The translations under genes and the position numbers were made by a program. The notes below the pieces were generated by a model. That model saw only the letters and a program-made list of their open reading frames with translations. It did not search any database and was not told the origin of the DNA. 64,000 nt of DNA from Octopus sinensis (Eukaryota), in NCBI RefSeq assembly GCF_006345805.1, contig NW_021832844.1, positions 62,001 through 126,000 of the forward strand. Direction: 5' to 3'. Positions 35,831 to 48,194 of this stretch are shown in pieces (position 1 is the stretch's first letter; every line of letters starts with the position of its first letter).

Positions 35831-38301
35831 TTAAACAATCGGCCGCTCAGCAGATTAAAGACCGCTGCAGTTCGTTCATAAAGGCACCCTTCGACTTATC
35901 ATGTATCACGCCAGATCGCCCCTCGACCCTTAAACAAGACGAAGGGGTACGCTTGGCCCGGTCAGTTAACAGCAAACTAATGCAGGGAGATGTCTCAGCG
36001 GCTGTTCGCCTGATTTCATCCACGGCATCCATTGCCCCGCATACTGATTCCGTTCTGAATTCACTCCAGTTGAAACATCCTCCCGCTCCACATGATATCC
36101 GTGAACCCCCTCACATAGCCAAATCCGAACGAATTGTTTCCTCCAGTGACGTGTTAGCCTGCCTTGGATCATTTCCACCGAGCAGTAGCGGGGAAGTAGA
36201 TGGCTTAAAGCCGATACACCTAAAGGATCTTGTCGCGCCCATGACAGGAGAATCTGGTGCACGCCTCCTGTCCTCGATTGCATCCTTGTGCAGCAGAATT
36301 GTCTCTGGAAATATCCCATCTTTTGCACGCGATTTACTGTTCACGGCCAACCTGACGGCACTTAATAAAAGTGATAAGGGCATCAGACCCATCGCTGTGG
36401 GAAACACATTCAGGAGGCTCTCTGCAAAAATTATCCTCAGTGTTGTCCTCCATGATTTGAGCTCTCAGCTGCTGCCACATCAGTTCGGTGTCGGTGTTCG
36501 CGGTGCTTGTGAGGCTTCTACCCATGGGGTGAGGGAGTTGGTTATCAATGGCAATCCAAAAATTCCATATCTTGTTAAGCTGGACGTGCGCAACGCTTTT
36601 AACAGTGTTCGCAGAGACCACATCCTGGAAGTTGTGCACACCCGCTTCCCGGCACTCTACCCAATTGTCCATCTATCTTATGCGCGTTCCTTGAATCTCC
36701 TTTTTGGGAAAAATATGTTGTCCTCAGCGTCTGGGGTTCAGCAAGGGGACCCATTGGGACCTCTCCTATTTGCCCTCGCAGTGGACCATATTGCTCAAAG
36801 GCTTTTGTGCCCGCTAAATTTCTGGTATCTCGACGACGTCACCTTAGGTGGCTCGCTCGAAAATATTCATAACGACGTTGCTGATATTATTTCGGGTTTT
36901 AGCCAAATTGGCTTATCCCTTAATGGCTCCAAGTCGGAATTTACCCTGCTCTTCCCCGATCATTCTTTATTTCATCCTGCCTTCTCGTCCCTGTCCGAGA
37001 AAGTTGTCGGTCTCTCTGCGACAGACCCGGATGATCTGGTCATCCTTGGTTCACCAATCTCTGGTCGAGGTATTTCCGCTGCCATTGAGTGTAAAAAACG
37101 CCAGCTGGCTCAAACACTGGAGCGTATCTCCCAACTGGGCGCACATGTCGGACTATTCCTTATAAAGAATTACCTATTCATCCCCCGCCTAACCTACTTA
37201 TTCCGCTCGTCTCCATGCTTTCGGGAACCAGACCTCTTGTCCGACCTGGACTCCGTAATCTGGAAGTCAGTTGGGAAGCTTCTTAATGTTGACTTTGGCG
37301 GGGACCAACTTACACGCGCAATGTTACTCCTCCGTTTCGGAGGCATCGGTATCCGCTCGTGCAAAGACATTTCTATCCCATGCTACCTATCTTCGCTCTC
37401 GGCATCAAGAAATTTTGTCAGTTCTGTTCTTTTTCGCTCCCCTGAACGTTTTGAACTGGCTGAATTTTCTTCTGCCCTCGCTGCCTGGACCGCCTCAGGT
37501 CTTGCCTTCCCCGTGGAGGATCACTTGCAGAGGAGTTGGGACTCCATCCGCTGCAAAGAAGTGGTAAAGTCCCTTAAAGGAAGCGCCGATCAAGTTAAAC
37601 TCGCCTCGTTGAATGCAGCCTGTCACCCGCATTCTGGAGACTGGTTGAAAGCCATCCCTCTGTCCACCGCTGGCCTCCTCTTGGATGATGAATCGACTCG
37701 AATCGGGACCTGTCTTCGTCTGGGAATTCCCCTTTGCCACCCTCACCGGTGCAAGTGCGGCCACATGATTGACCCCGATGGCCTCCACCCCCTTTCGTGC
37801 CGCTCAAGCACCGGGCGTATCCCGAGACACGCTGGCCTGAACCACGTCGTTAAACAGGCCCTCAATGCCGCAGGCTTCCCTTCTGTTCTGGAGCCTGCCG
37901 GCCTCGACCGTGGCGACGGCAAGCGTCCAGACGGAATGACGGTCTTTCCATTCTCGGAGGGGAAATGTCTCGTTTGGGATGTTACCTGCGCGGACACCTT
38001 TGCCCCCGGGACCGTTGCTCAGTCTGCGTCCTCCCCCGGCTTCGCTTCCCGTCGGGCTGAGGAGACGAAGCGGAAGAAATACGCCTCTCTCTCACCAAAT
38101 TACCACTTTGTCCCGATTGCTGTGGAGACAAGTGGAGTGATAGGGACGGCCGGAGTGTCGCTTCTGACCGAAATTGGGAAGTGCATCCACAAGTGCACGA
38201 AGGACCACCGCCAAATCGGCTGGCTGTACCAGAGGATATCGATCGCAATCTTGCGACGTAACTCGCTTGCAATCCGAGGTGCAGCCACTGCTGACACTTA
38301 A
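35831..38301 (+). mobile_element. CRE-clade non-LTR retrotransposon with uninterrupted RT-RLE ORF
   Basis: GIRPIAVGNTFRRL, KLDVRNAFNSV, GVQQGDPLGP, WYLDD; CKCGHMIDPDGLHPLSC, RHAGLN, RPDG, WDVTC, PIAVETSG. Confidence 0.95.
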
Positions 38302-38369
38302 TTAGTTATTTTGAAGAACTCTTTTCTAACTGATCATTTTTTTTATTATTCCTTCTATTCCTTCTAACC

Positions 38370-38790
38370 GGCCTTGTAGCTAGCAATTTTTTGGACTGAA
38401 ATCGAATAATTTAACTAAATACCTGACAATGAGCACATTTTTCAATTATTTTGCTAATCTCTTCCCGAGTTGCACCATATATCTTTCCCTTAAGCATAGA
38501 AAACATTTTATCTCTTCCAAAATGTACATAATTGTGCTCAGACTAATCATAATTAAATAAATTGATACTTCTATATATTTCAGCTTTAACTCTTGTTCTT
38601 CTATGCAGAATAATCTGACTTTTTTATTCCTTTGGTATATGTAGGCTATATTTTCCTCAATAAGTATTCGGTTAGCAATCCTACGTAATCTAAAACGTTC
38701 TCTTCTACTGATTCCGTCATCAAATGATCCAAATTGTTTAAAAGTTTTTATTTTCAATAAATCCTCTTGTGATAGTGTAATTAGAAACAT
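38370..38790 (-). mobile_element. Ginger-like integrase N-terminal (H2C2) fragment with two micro-introns
   Basis: YIE|SEHNYVHLGRDKMF...KCAHCQ|SKKLLAT; introns 38543-38568 (26 nt) and 38396-38422 (27 nt). Confidence 0.75.
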
Positions 38791-39394
38791 TTGATAACGT
38801 GCAAAATTTAAAAATAAAATACAATAATATATAATATTAACTAAGAAATTGTGATTTTTGAATGATTTTATTATATAGAAAATATAAAAATATCCAAAAT
38901 CTGACCAAGTGACTCACGTCTGGACTGTGACTAAGCACGCTCCAGCATTGCTCTATTGGATTTAATGGTGCACTGTAAGGTCCCTATCTTATAATTTCAA
39001 TATCTCGAAATTCTTCTCCGATCATTTTCTCTAACTGTGAATGTACCGGTGCGTTGTCTACCACAATACAAATTTCTGAATATTTTTCATTTGTACTTCT
39101 GATCATATCTCTGAACCATTGCTGGCAATCCTCTTTTTTAAAATGTACCCAATATATTAATTTGTTCTCATTAATGGCTCCAATTATGTGAATATTTTGT
39201 CCCTTGTTTGCTGGAGTCTTTAAAATGCATCTTTTCCCTTTTAACGAACGCCCTTTCGAAAATCAACATTAATAAATTATACTTGAGTTCTTCTTAAAAA
39301 TAAGTTTACATTGGTTTCGTCCATATAAATTATATATATTTTTTTTTAACTGCTAAATTAATTTAATAAATTGATTAATTAATCATTTAGTACT

Positions 39395-39645
39395 TAATTA
39401 GCAGCAGAGGATAGGATGGAATGGCAATTCCCACACAAGATGGCTATTGATATGCGTTGGAAAAGCCATGTCCGTTCCCAATGATCATTTCTCCTTCTGC
39501 TTGCCAGGTCCCCCAGTTTAATAAGGAATTTTTAGTTCTGGGACCGAGGACTCCCGACGTCTCCACTGCGATCGGGGCAAAGATATGGCGGTGAGATAAT
39601 GCACTGTATTTCTTGATTTTTAGCGTTTTTGCCAGGTTAGCTGGC
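39395..39645 (-). mobile_element. CRE-clade 3' fragment
   Basis: KKYSALSHRHIFAPIAVETSG. Confidence 0.8.
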
Positions 39646-39763
39646 AAAAAAAATTATATTTTTGTCTCGACTTTTTCTATTTATTATTTTTTCGACATAT
39701 TCTTTCCTTTTTATCTTGTTTGCTTTTGAATTCATTAAATTGGTTTCAGTTATAACCTTGCTT

Positions 39764-40340
39764 TTACCAATATAAATATACTTTCTTAACTGTAAATAAT
39801 TTTCCATGTAAATATTTAGCTGCTGTCGAATAATGGATAGAAATTCCAGTTTCACTCGCACAAATTTCGCTTAGAGTGATGACAGGATTTTCCTCAACAT
39901 AGTTTATCATTCTCGATATTTCATTGTCTGTGATTTTTGACCATCTGAATCCTCCACGTTTTTTATTAGGTTGTGAAGCATTTCGTATCCATTTATAAGC
40001 TGTATTTCGCTTAACTCCATTCGATTCAGACACAATATGCCAATCTGCATCTTCATTTTCATAAGCAGATATAATTCTCATTTTGGTTTCCAAATTTGTT
40101 TTATTATATGTTTTACTAACACGAGAAGAAGTATTCATAGTTTTAACAAAAGTATTCATTTCGAACGAACAAAAATCCATTTATATTTTTTTAGATAAGT
40201 AATTTTGACATTAACATATTTGACATTTGACATCTCAGTTCGGATATTAGAAACCACGATAATGACGTTTGACATCTCAGTTCGGATATTAGAAACCACA
40301 GTAATGACGTTTGACATCACAGTTCGGATATTTTATACCA
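39764..40340 (-). mobile_element. IS630/Tc1-like transposase 5' half
   Basis: HTH-type ORF ...GVKRNTAYKWI...YVEENPVITLSEI...HYSTAAKYL; DDE domain absent. Confidence 0.7.
40226..40332. repeat. 42-bp tandem repeat x2.5, subterminal to the IS630-like element
   Basis: TTTGACATCTCAGTTCGGATATT recurs at 40226, 40268 and 40310 (third copy with one substitution). Confidence 0.9.
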
Positions 40341-40834
40341 AAAAGGTGTAGAATTGAATGCAGCTTTTTTTAATTTTGAAGATTTTTGGAGTAGACAACA
40401 AGATTGAGCCACATATGTACTTTCTTAAAGCACTTCCAAATGATCAATATGAGATTTATTACATTGGAATACATTTTAGCTTAATATTAACCTTCTTATT
40501 CCTATCGATGCAAAAATATTTGATCCATACGAGTTATCTCATGTCGTGAGATTACTGAAATTTGATGGACGCAATGTTTGTTTTACAGATTTTTCCAACG
40601 TATCTTATTACTTTTGTGATTTTCAATAGAGAAAAAACGCGATCGTTAAAGTCCTCGTTTGTAAATCGTTGTCCTTTCAATATAAGGCTGTCAACGGAAA
40701 TGATTTAAAAGATTGTTCATGGCAATGCTGTTGCAATTAGTTTTTAGTGGTCTTAAATTTGTGGAATTAATGAAATGCTAGCTTACGTGAAGTCGGAAGT
40801 AGTGATTAACGTCTAGAATTCCATATATTGGCTA

Positions 40835-40953
40835 TATCACCGAATCTCTGTCCTTGTGCTTCGCAGAGACTGCCATTCAATACGCAGTGCGGTGTAGTTG
40901 AGCTAATTCATAGGCTCTTAAATACGCTTTCAGCCACCTACCCTAGCTAGCAT
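40835..40953. ncRNA. Candidate structured ncRNA, copy A (family unassigned)
   Basis: Colinear with 45987-46103; shared blocks ATTCAATACGCAGTGCGG, GTTGAGCT, AGGCTCTT, ACCCTAGCTA. Confidence 0.35.
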
Positions 40954-41051
40954 ATAATTTTTTTGTAAAAAACTAGGTATTTTTTTCATTGTCTGCCAGC
41001 CTTATTTTGTCTTTAAATGTAAAAATAATTTTGGTACATATAAATAAAAAA

Positions 41052-41123
41052 TGCCTACGCCGGGAGTCGAACCCGGATCCCCTCGGCCACAACGAGGAAT
41101 TCTAACCGCTAAACTACGTAGGC
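41052..41123 (-). tRNA. tRNA-His (GTG)
   Basis: Acceptor GCCTACG/CGTAGGC plus A; anticodon arm CCTCG-TT-GTG-GC-CGAGG; T loop GGTTCGACTCC; followed by a T run. Confidence 0.95.
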
Positions 41124-41214
41124 CTTTTTTTTAACCGGCCAGTGACTATAATAAAACCTTTTTAATTATTTTAATAACATAGCATCAAATTTCTGTAACT
41201 TTCAAGTTAAATTG

Positions 41215-44200
41215 ATTTATTTATTTATTTACCCCCGGCCCCTTCAATTGAAGGAAGCGGTGGCTAACAAGAACGTTAGGGCCAATGTCGGACGCTCCCA
41301 AAGATCCCCGATCGTGATCCGGTGTTCCGAGAAGTAGAAGGCGGGCCTGGACAGGAGAAAAGGTCGTTGAGGGAATAGGAAGGGGTTATTTCACCAAGAC
41401 CGATTTTTATGCGATAATCGTGTAGGCCAGTATGGTGGCCACAGCGGAGACGAGCCAAGTTCACTCGGGCTTCTCTTGAGAGGGAGGATTCGATCTTATT
41501 AATTGGCGGCGGAAGGCGTCCAGAAGCTTGTTTATTCCAAGACATCTGATTGCCCTCGTAGCCACCAGGTCGTGAATCCCCTTCTGGTTAATGTCCGGAG
41601 GGGATCGTATAAGCTTGCGGACTTTGTCCGCGAGGGTCGGAACTATTCTCCTGTTGTTAGTGGAGTGCCAGAGGAAGTAGCCAGGGTGATTTAGGGTTCG
41701 GCATTTGTCAAGAATTGCAGCCCGAGCATTTCAAAATGGTCACTGATTGGAAGGATTTTCGATTCCCAATGTAGGTGGTCGGTAGGTGTCGTTTTTAGAC
41801 AGCCGGTAATAATTCGTAATGCTGAGTTTTGAGTTCTCTGAAGTTTTTCAAGGTTTGTATTAGATAAGCAGGAACCCCAAGCAGGGATGGCGTAGTTCAT
41901 AGTTGTTCTAATAAACTGCTTGTATACAGTTGTTAGACTTTCCTTATCCTGCCCAAATGAAGTCCCCGCAATAGCTCGGAGCACATTGAGTTTTTTCTGG
42001 GATTTTCCACAGATATATGAAACATGTTTCGAGAAGGACAAACAGCAATCAAATATCAGACCCAAGATTTGGGGGATTTTTCAACTGGGAGTGGAGTGTT
42101 GTCTAGGAATAGTTTAGGCTCTAAGTTGAACTGACGGCGGTCAGTTGTGAATAGCGTAACAGATGATTTGGAAGGAGAAGGTTGAAGAAGATTGCATTTC
42201 AGCCAGGACGAAAGAGTGTTCATGTGTTCCTGCAGAAATCCAGAAGCGGTGATTATGTTTTGGTGGCGGGAGGCAAAAATTAAGTCATCAGCGTAGGAGA
42301 GAAGTAGAGTATTATTGTTCGTCGGGATATTTGACAGATGTAAGTTAAATAAGGCAGGTGAAAGGACCGAGCCTGGGGAACTCCGTTAGGCAAGTATTTG
42401 TAGCGTGAGTAAGAAGACATGATTGTGGTGCGACCAAGACGCCCAGAGAGAAAAGAGAGTAGCCATGACTTATTTGGTGGGGGAATTCCGTATCGGTTAT
42501 TTTCCTACACAGAACGTGTCTTGACGTTCTGTCAAATGCCTTTTCAATGTCGATGGATGCAATAATTGTTCTTTGAGGTGGCTTATGATTGTTAAACCCA
42601 TCCGCAATGAATTGTGTCAGTTTTGAAAGATGGGTGGAAGTGGAATGCAAAGAACGAAAGCCATGTTGAGATTCAGCAAATGGGAGGAAAGGTTTTATGA
42701 TGCTCAATACAACTCGCTCTGTTATTTTTGAAACCACTGAGATCAAAGAGATAGGTCGAAAAGAGGAGGGGTCAGAGGTATCACGATTTGGCTTTGGGAT
42801 AGGGATGATGGTAGATTTCTTCCAAAGCATAGGAACCAGACCATGGTTGATCGAGTATTCGATTAAATTGGTCAGAGCCAGAAAGCCATTAGGACCCAGA
42901 TTTTTTAGGTGGTGGATGGCAAGGCCATCAGGACCTCTGGCGTTAGAATTCCGCGAGTTAACAACAAGTTGCCTGGTAAATGATTCTGGGATGTTAATAT
43001 AGTCAGTAGAATTGTCATTTGACTTATAATGTGATTTTCTTACGAAACGGAGATCCTTTGGGGTAGGAAGGTGACTGATTTTTGCATAATGGCGAATTAA
43101 GATGTTGGCTTGATCCTGGAAAGATAGGACAGATTTTTTGGTCGAGATACCGGTGGCATGTGAGAGGGGACATGTTTGCCTCGTGTGAATTTTCTTGAGG
43201 GTTCTCCAGAAAGCACGGGATCCAGTATTTGGGGTTATTGAAGTGATAAAATCATTCCATTCGTCAGTTTTATGTTTCTTGATTAATTCGTCAATTTGTT
43301 TGTTGATTTCTGCTAGGGATTCTCCATTCCATTGATAGAAGTCGTCGATTTGATCCTCCTTCGTTTTTTGAATAGTTCAATGATAGGTGGGGGGAAGTGG
43401 AGGCCGTGATTTCGGATGAAGCCGCGGGGAATAAATTTTTTGTCCGCAGAAAGAAGTGTACTAGTAAAGAAAGCAACGGCAGCGTCAAATGATTGAATGG
43501 AGGAGCAAGAAAAATTACTGAATATACGTTCAGTTTCACTCCTGAACGAGTCCCATTTCCCACGTTTGTAGTTAATGTAGGTCTTCGTAATTCTCTTCTT
43601 TACAGGGTGATGGTTTATTTTGATTAGAATAGGATTGTGGTCCGTTGGTAGGTCGTACAGAACTGTCCATTTGGCGTCGAGGGCGATGTTTGGGGAACAT
43701 AAGGTAATGTCAGGAGAAGTGTTTGAATCTCCAGGTCGCATTGCACAGCGGGTGTGTAGAAGAGGGTTGTTTAGAGTGATCAATTCTTCCGCATCCGTTG
43801 TGATTTGCTGGCCACGTTTGTCAGTTTGTTTGTGGATAACCAGAGAGGATGGTGGGCGTTGAAGTCGCCACATAGAATACAGTTTTCAATTGAAAAAAGA
43901 GGCAGTAAGTTCGGTGTATAATTGGGGGCACATGACGAAATCGGGGGGATATATGTGTTAACAACAGAGTAACATATCTTGTTAATGTTAATTTGAATAG
44001 ATGAAATTTCGGTAAATCGATCATTAGTTAAGAGAGATTCAATGTTGGCAGTTGAGTCTGCAAAGGGAATGGCCTCGTGAATGAGAGTAATGAGACCACC
44101 GCCAGGCTTTCCAGACTGGCGGTCACGACGAATGGTGGAATATCCCTTAAAACGGGGGGTTTGGGATTTTGGAGTAAGTTTGGTCTCTTGAATAAGAGCT

Positions 44201-44540
44201 ATATCAATAGAGTTCGTGTGTAGAAAGTAGCGTAGGTCATTGCATTTCTTGGAAATCCCGTTGATGTTCAATTGAAGGATGGTTAGTGTTCTAATAGGCT
44301 CAGGTCCAGGGTTTTGTTCCACATCTCCACACCGAATCAACAATAGAGTCAGGGAACGTAAGCTTGGCGCTCGTCCCGTAGCCACTACCAACCAAACCGT
44401 TGACAGGTTGGTTGGCAAGGGGGAAAGATTGGTTCTGTTTGTTGCTGATGTGAAATCAGCATCCAATCGTCTCCACGAGAAGGTGAACCACATGACGATC
44501 AAATGATTTTTATGATTCAACAAAAAATGATATTTCAAAT
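41215..44540 (-). mobile_element. APE-type I/Jockey-like LINE with N-terminal 2A-like peptide and (AAAT)n tail
   Basis: LLIRCGDVEQNPGP; DIALIQETKL; CGDFNAH; FRPISL; IDIEKAFD; LARLRCGH. Confidence 0.9.
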
Positions 44541-44749
44541 GAGATTTATTGAATCAGTCTTTTTATTGAGGACGTCAATAGACTCTTTTCATTCCTTTTT
44601 AATCAATAGAGAAACTTTTGGTCTCGATTATGGCGTTGCTGAACTAGAATTTGTGAATTTTTCATTTCCAGTAACACAAAACACTATCAACATTATTGCA
44701 GATAAATTTTTTAGGCTTGTAGGATTAATAAAACAAGAAAGTTAAATTA

Positions 44750-45010
44750 GTTAAAAGCGTCACGAGACCCTTGACCAGCCTCGCCAATAGAGAAATGATT
44801 CTCTTGGATCACAGTGTTCGACAAACCTTCCAAGTCGCGTCTCACCCTTGATATCTGTCGACCGAGCGAATGAAAGAAGCGAACCGTTTGGGGTCGAGAT
44901 GCAGAAAGAATCCAAAGCGATTAGAGTAAAAAACAAGTTTGAGAGGTTGCCGTACTTGAGAATCTTGCAATGTTGGCCTGCCTTGATACGTGCCCGGAAT
45001 CCTTTTTCCC
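44750..45010 (-). mobile_element. Degenerate CRE-clade 3' fragment
   Basis: Decayed KILKYGNL...TPIALDS; 3' end GAGGCTGGTCAAGGGTCTC matches the 29290 copy. Confidence 0.65.
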
Positions 45011-45299
45011 AAGGGCAGTAAGTTTGGCAGAAAAGAAAATTTCGCGTACCAAATCAGGAAGAAAACCGGAGATAAAATGGTTTCACAGGTTGGTATTTGA
45101 CCGTAATAATCTCCGTCCAGCTTCCAGAGTATCATCAATTCTAGTGGACATATTCACATTAAAATGATCGTCATGTGAAAAATATTTTTTGGAGTCCGAA
45201 ACACTTTTTATCCCGTCTCGATGTCTAATACATTTGTTTCTTTCACAATCTTCAATAATTGAACTGTCTATTATTATTAAAAGCACTTCCGAGAAGTCA

Positions 45300-45610
45300 T
45301 AAAACTAATTAAGCTTCCCTTGTGCCGCGTGAACAACAATACTGTCCCACCAAATTGTATAAATGACGGTGTACTGCAAACCCCAGACCATAGTGTCGAC
45401 AAGTGCCGGCCAGTGTGATGTTTTCCTCAATCGTCTTCGTCTCTTGGAAACAGCAGACACTGACATGGTGATTCCAGAGATCCCGTGCAAGTTGGTGCTG
45501 CTTGTAAATGAATTTCAGTCCTCTTGTGTTAAAGCTCCTAAGTGAAAACGTGGGGGACGTCGCGAAAGTTGTAAAACGCGAAAAAGACATATCCGTAACA
45601 GACATAGGTA
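45300..45610 (-). mobile_element. RTE-type APE N-terminal fragment
   Basis: SFNTRGL...VSVCCFQETK...YGLGFAV. Confidence 0.65.
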
Positions 45611-45635
45611 TGTCATTACCTTAACCAATTTTACC

Positions 45636-45867
45636 AACCGCAGCAGGTCTCCAAAGTTAGCAGCCTCTGGTCAATAAATAAACGCTGGTAAGGGAAGTCG
45701 GCAAACAAGATCTGTACCTTCGGTAGAAGGATTGGCTCTATGGGTTGAGTCTTTACTGCTGTTTGTTTAATTGCTGCGTAAGTGGTAGTTGAACATTGAG
45801 TGGTAGAACAGTGAACAACCAAAGTAGAACTGGCACGGAGAAGGGGAATCCGACTGTGTAATTGAAC
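45636..45867 (+). rRNA. Isolated 28S (LSU) rRNA fragment spanning the D8 region
   Basis: CCGCAGCAGGTCTCCAA, GGTAAGGGAAGTCGGCAA, AGGATTGGCTCT and AGAACTGG...GGGGAATCCGACTG match conserved LSU core; flanks are not rRNA. Confidence 0.85.
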
Positions 45868-45986
45868 TGTCTAAATTTTCAAATTCATGAAGTTTGTCAT
45901 TTTCAGAGTACGTAACTTGAAGAATGAAATTAATTTCTTTATGAATCTCTCCGGAGCATCATGTTTACAAGATGAGCAGGTGTTAG

Positions 45987-46103
45987 ATATCAAATTTTGG
46001 TTTCCGTGCTCCGCGGGAAATGCAATTCAATACGCAGTGCGGCGTCGTTGAGCTGACCCTCAGGCTCTTGAGTACTCCTTTAGCCACTCACCCTAGCTAA
46101 CAT
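45987..46103. ncRNA. Candidate structured ncRNA, copy B
   Basis: Homologous to 40835-40953. Confidence 0.35.
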
Positions 46104-46184
46104 CTAACCTTTTCCTATAAAAAGGAAAAAATGATTAGTCTTTTTAATGTAAAAATAATTTCGATGCATATAAATTTTACAAAA

Positions 46185-46225
46185 AATTGCCGGTCACAAC
46201 AAAGAATTCCAACCGCTAAACTACA
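46185..46225 (-). pseudogene. Decayed tRNA-His remnant
   Basis: CCGGTCACAACAAAGAATTCCAACCGCTAAACTAC aligns to the anticodon and D arms of tRNA-His at 41052. Confidence 0.6.
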
Positions 46226-46455
46226 TCATCCTTTATTACAATAATATATCCCAAACCAATAAATAATTTTAAAAAATAGTTATTTCTAACCAATTATAAA
46301 CATTTTAGAGATTAGAATTATTTTCTATGCGCCAGAACTTTATAATTTTGTAAAAAAATAATTAAAGATAAAAATTATTTTATGGAATATTAAAATTTAT
46401 TATGTGGTGTCATGACTTTTGGATCCCAATATATTTTCGTTTTCATCGCTTAAAT

Positions 46456-47004
46456 CAGTGCTTCCCGATTTGTTTTGAGTTCGCACCCCAAAAAATGTTA
46501 AAAGCCAACCTGGCACCCCCATTTTTAAATCTAACAGAGAATTTTATTAAAAATTATTTAGGTTCCTTAAGATTTTTCTTGCCTTTTAGGATTATTATTT
46601 AACCCCGGGAACACAGGAAAGAGGAATAGTAATCGCCTAATTAAGTGATCCCGGTGCCTTTTATCTCTTCCTTGTCTCGAATTCTTAATAAACGTCCAAA
46701 AGGGGATGCTTTTTTCAAATTTCCTAGCACATTTCTCACAGGCAAGATACTCCTCTAGTCTTAATTAATTCTTGCTTTTTAGTCTTAATTAATTCTTCGA
46801 AACGCGGTTTTTTGTTTGGTAGTGCAATTCTGAGATCGTTTTCAGGGCTAAGAAAGTCGAGTGCATCTGGATCGCGTGACTTTTGTTTTGACTCTTATCG
46901 TGGTCTTGGCAGTTAAATAAATAAATGTAAAAGTAATCATGATTTTTAAAATCGTTCCAGGCACCCCCTAAAAAATTTCAGGCACCCCCAATCAGGAAGC
47001 ACTG
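46456..47004. mobile_element. Non-autonomous hAT-type MITE, 549 bp
   Basis: TIR CAGTGCTTCCCGATT / AATCAGGAAGCACTG; 8-bp TSD GCTTAAAT on both sides; subterminal GCACCCC motifs. Confidence 0.92.
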
Positions 47005-47479
47005 GCTTAAATGGTGACAAAATATGCAATTCTTTAAAACCAAAGATTGTTTTCCAAATTTATGTAAGTCGGAAAATTTGATTTTTAAGAAACACAAGCT
47101 CGCTGCGTAATTCGAACTAACCCTGCACTACTTTTTCATGTGACAACTATCTTATTTCAGAATGAAAAAGTAATAATGTATGATTGCAGCCCATTTCATC
47201 GAACTATTTTTCAAATAGACAAGATTGTATAAATCTTTTTTAACATAATTAATAATTTCGATAGCATCTTCCAAAACTTGACGTGATTAAAATGAAATAC
47301 GGCATAGCAGTGAGGAGTCCAATGACTACTAGTGAAATTTGAAGCCATTTGCTTTATCCTTTGTACAAACCCAGAAAATTTATAATAAAATTCCCGGAAC
47401 CCCAAACTGAGAAATACTGGTCTAGATTAAACCAGACGGAGTGTACAAAACTTATTTCCGATGACTATTGTCTTATCCT

Positions 47480-48194
47480 CCAACTTTTTTCGAGTTTCGC
47501 CATTTTTCGTCTGTTCTATCTGCTCTTGTTCGAAAAAAGTTGGAACTCTTTTAGGAGATAGTGAAGACATTATGAGGAGAAAGATGCTATCGACTGTTGC
47601 ACTTAACAAACTGCGGACCACTTGGCTACGAAACCGCGAGGTTGGAACGGCCTTACGTGCCAAATTATACAATGCTTTTATTAAACCCATACTTTTGTAC
47701 AACGGAGGAACATGGGGAATATCTGAGTCTGAATCAAAATCTCTTGATGCATTCCATAGAAGACAGTTAAGAATTCTTATTGGCATCAACTGGCCAAAGA
47801 AAATCAGAACTCCACCCTATACAATATCTGCAACAGCAGACCCGTCAGTGTGGACATTACCGAAGCACGTTGGCGCCTATTGGGCCACATTCTAAGACTC
47901 GACCAGGATGTCTATGCTAACTGGGCAATGGAATCATATTACGCAAAGGACGAAAGATCTGCGTCCCGAGGACGCCCACGAAATACATTACCTATTGTAA
48001 TCTCAAAAGAACTACAACGCGTTAAAAGACAACTGAAAAATGGAGACGACCTAGATACTCTCAGGAGTATAGCATACAACCGCACATCATGGAAAATTAT
48101 GACCGAAAGATAGTCTCATATGTGGCACATGTGGGAACTTAATTAGTTTAAATTACATTATGTTCCTATGACAGTGCTAATAATAATAATAATA
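47480..48194 (+). mobile_element. 5'-truncated RTE LINE with 5' inversion
   Basis: 14-bp TSD TATTGTCTTATCCT (47466, 48195); (TAA)n tail; 47480-47530 is the inverted upstream RT sequence. Confidence 0.9.

Noticed and set aside
40226-40332. 42-bp repeats as a CRISPR array
   Set aside because: Units are contiguous with no unique spacers, there are no cas genes, and the context is a eukaryotic transposon end.
44488-45180. Inverted TGATCGTCATGTG pair as TIRs
   Set aside because: Only 13 bp, no TSD, and no coherent element between them.
45636-45867. Functional rDNA unit or R2/R4 target site
   Set aside because: Only about 230 nt match and the fragment stops before the R2/R4 insertion region.
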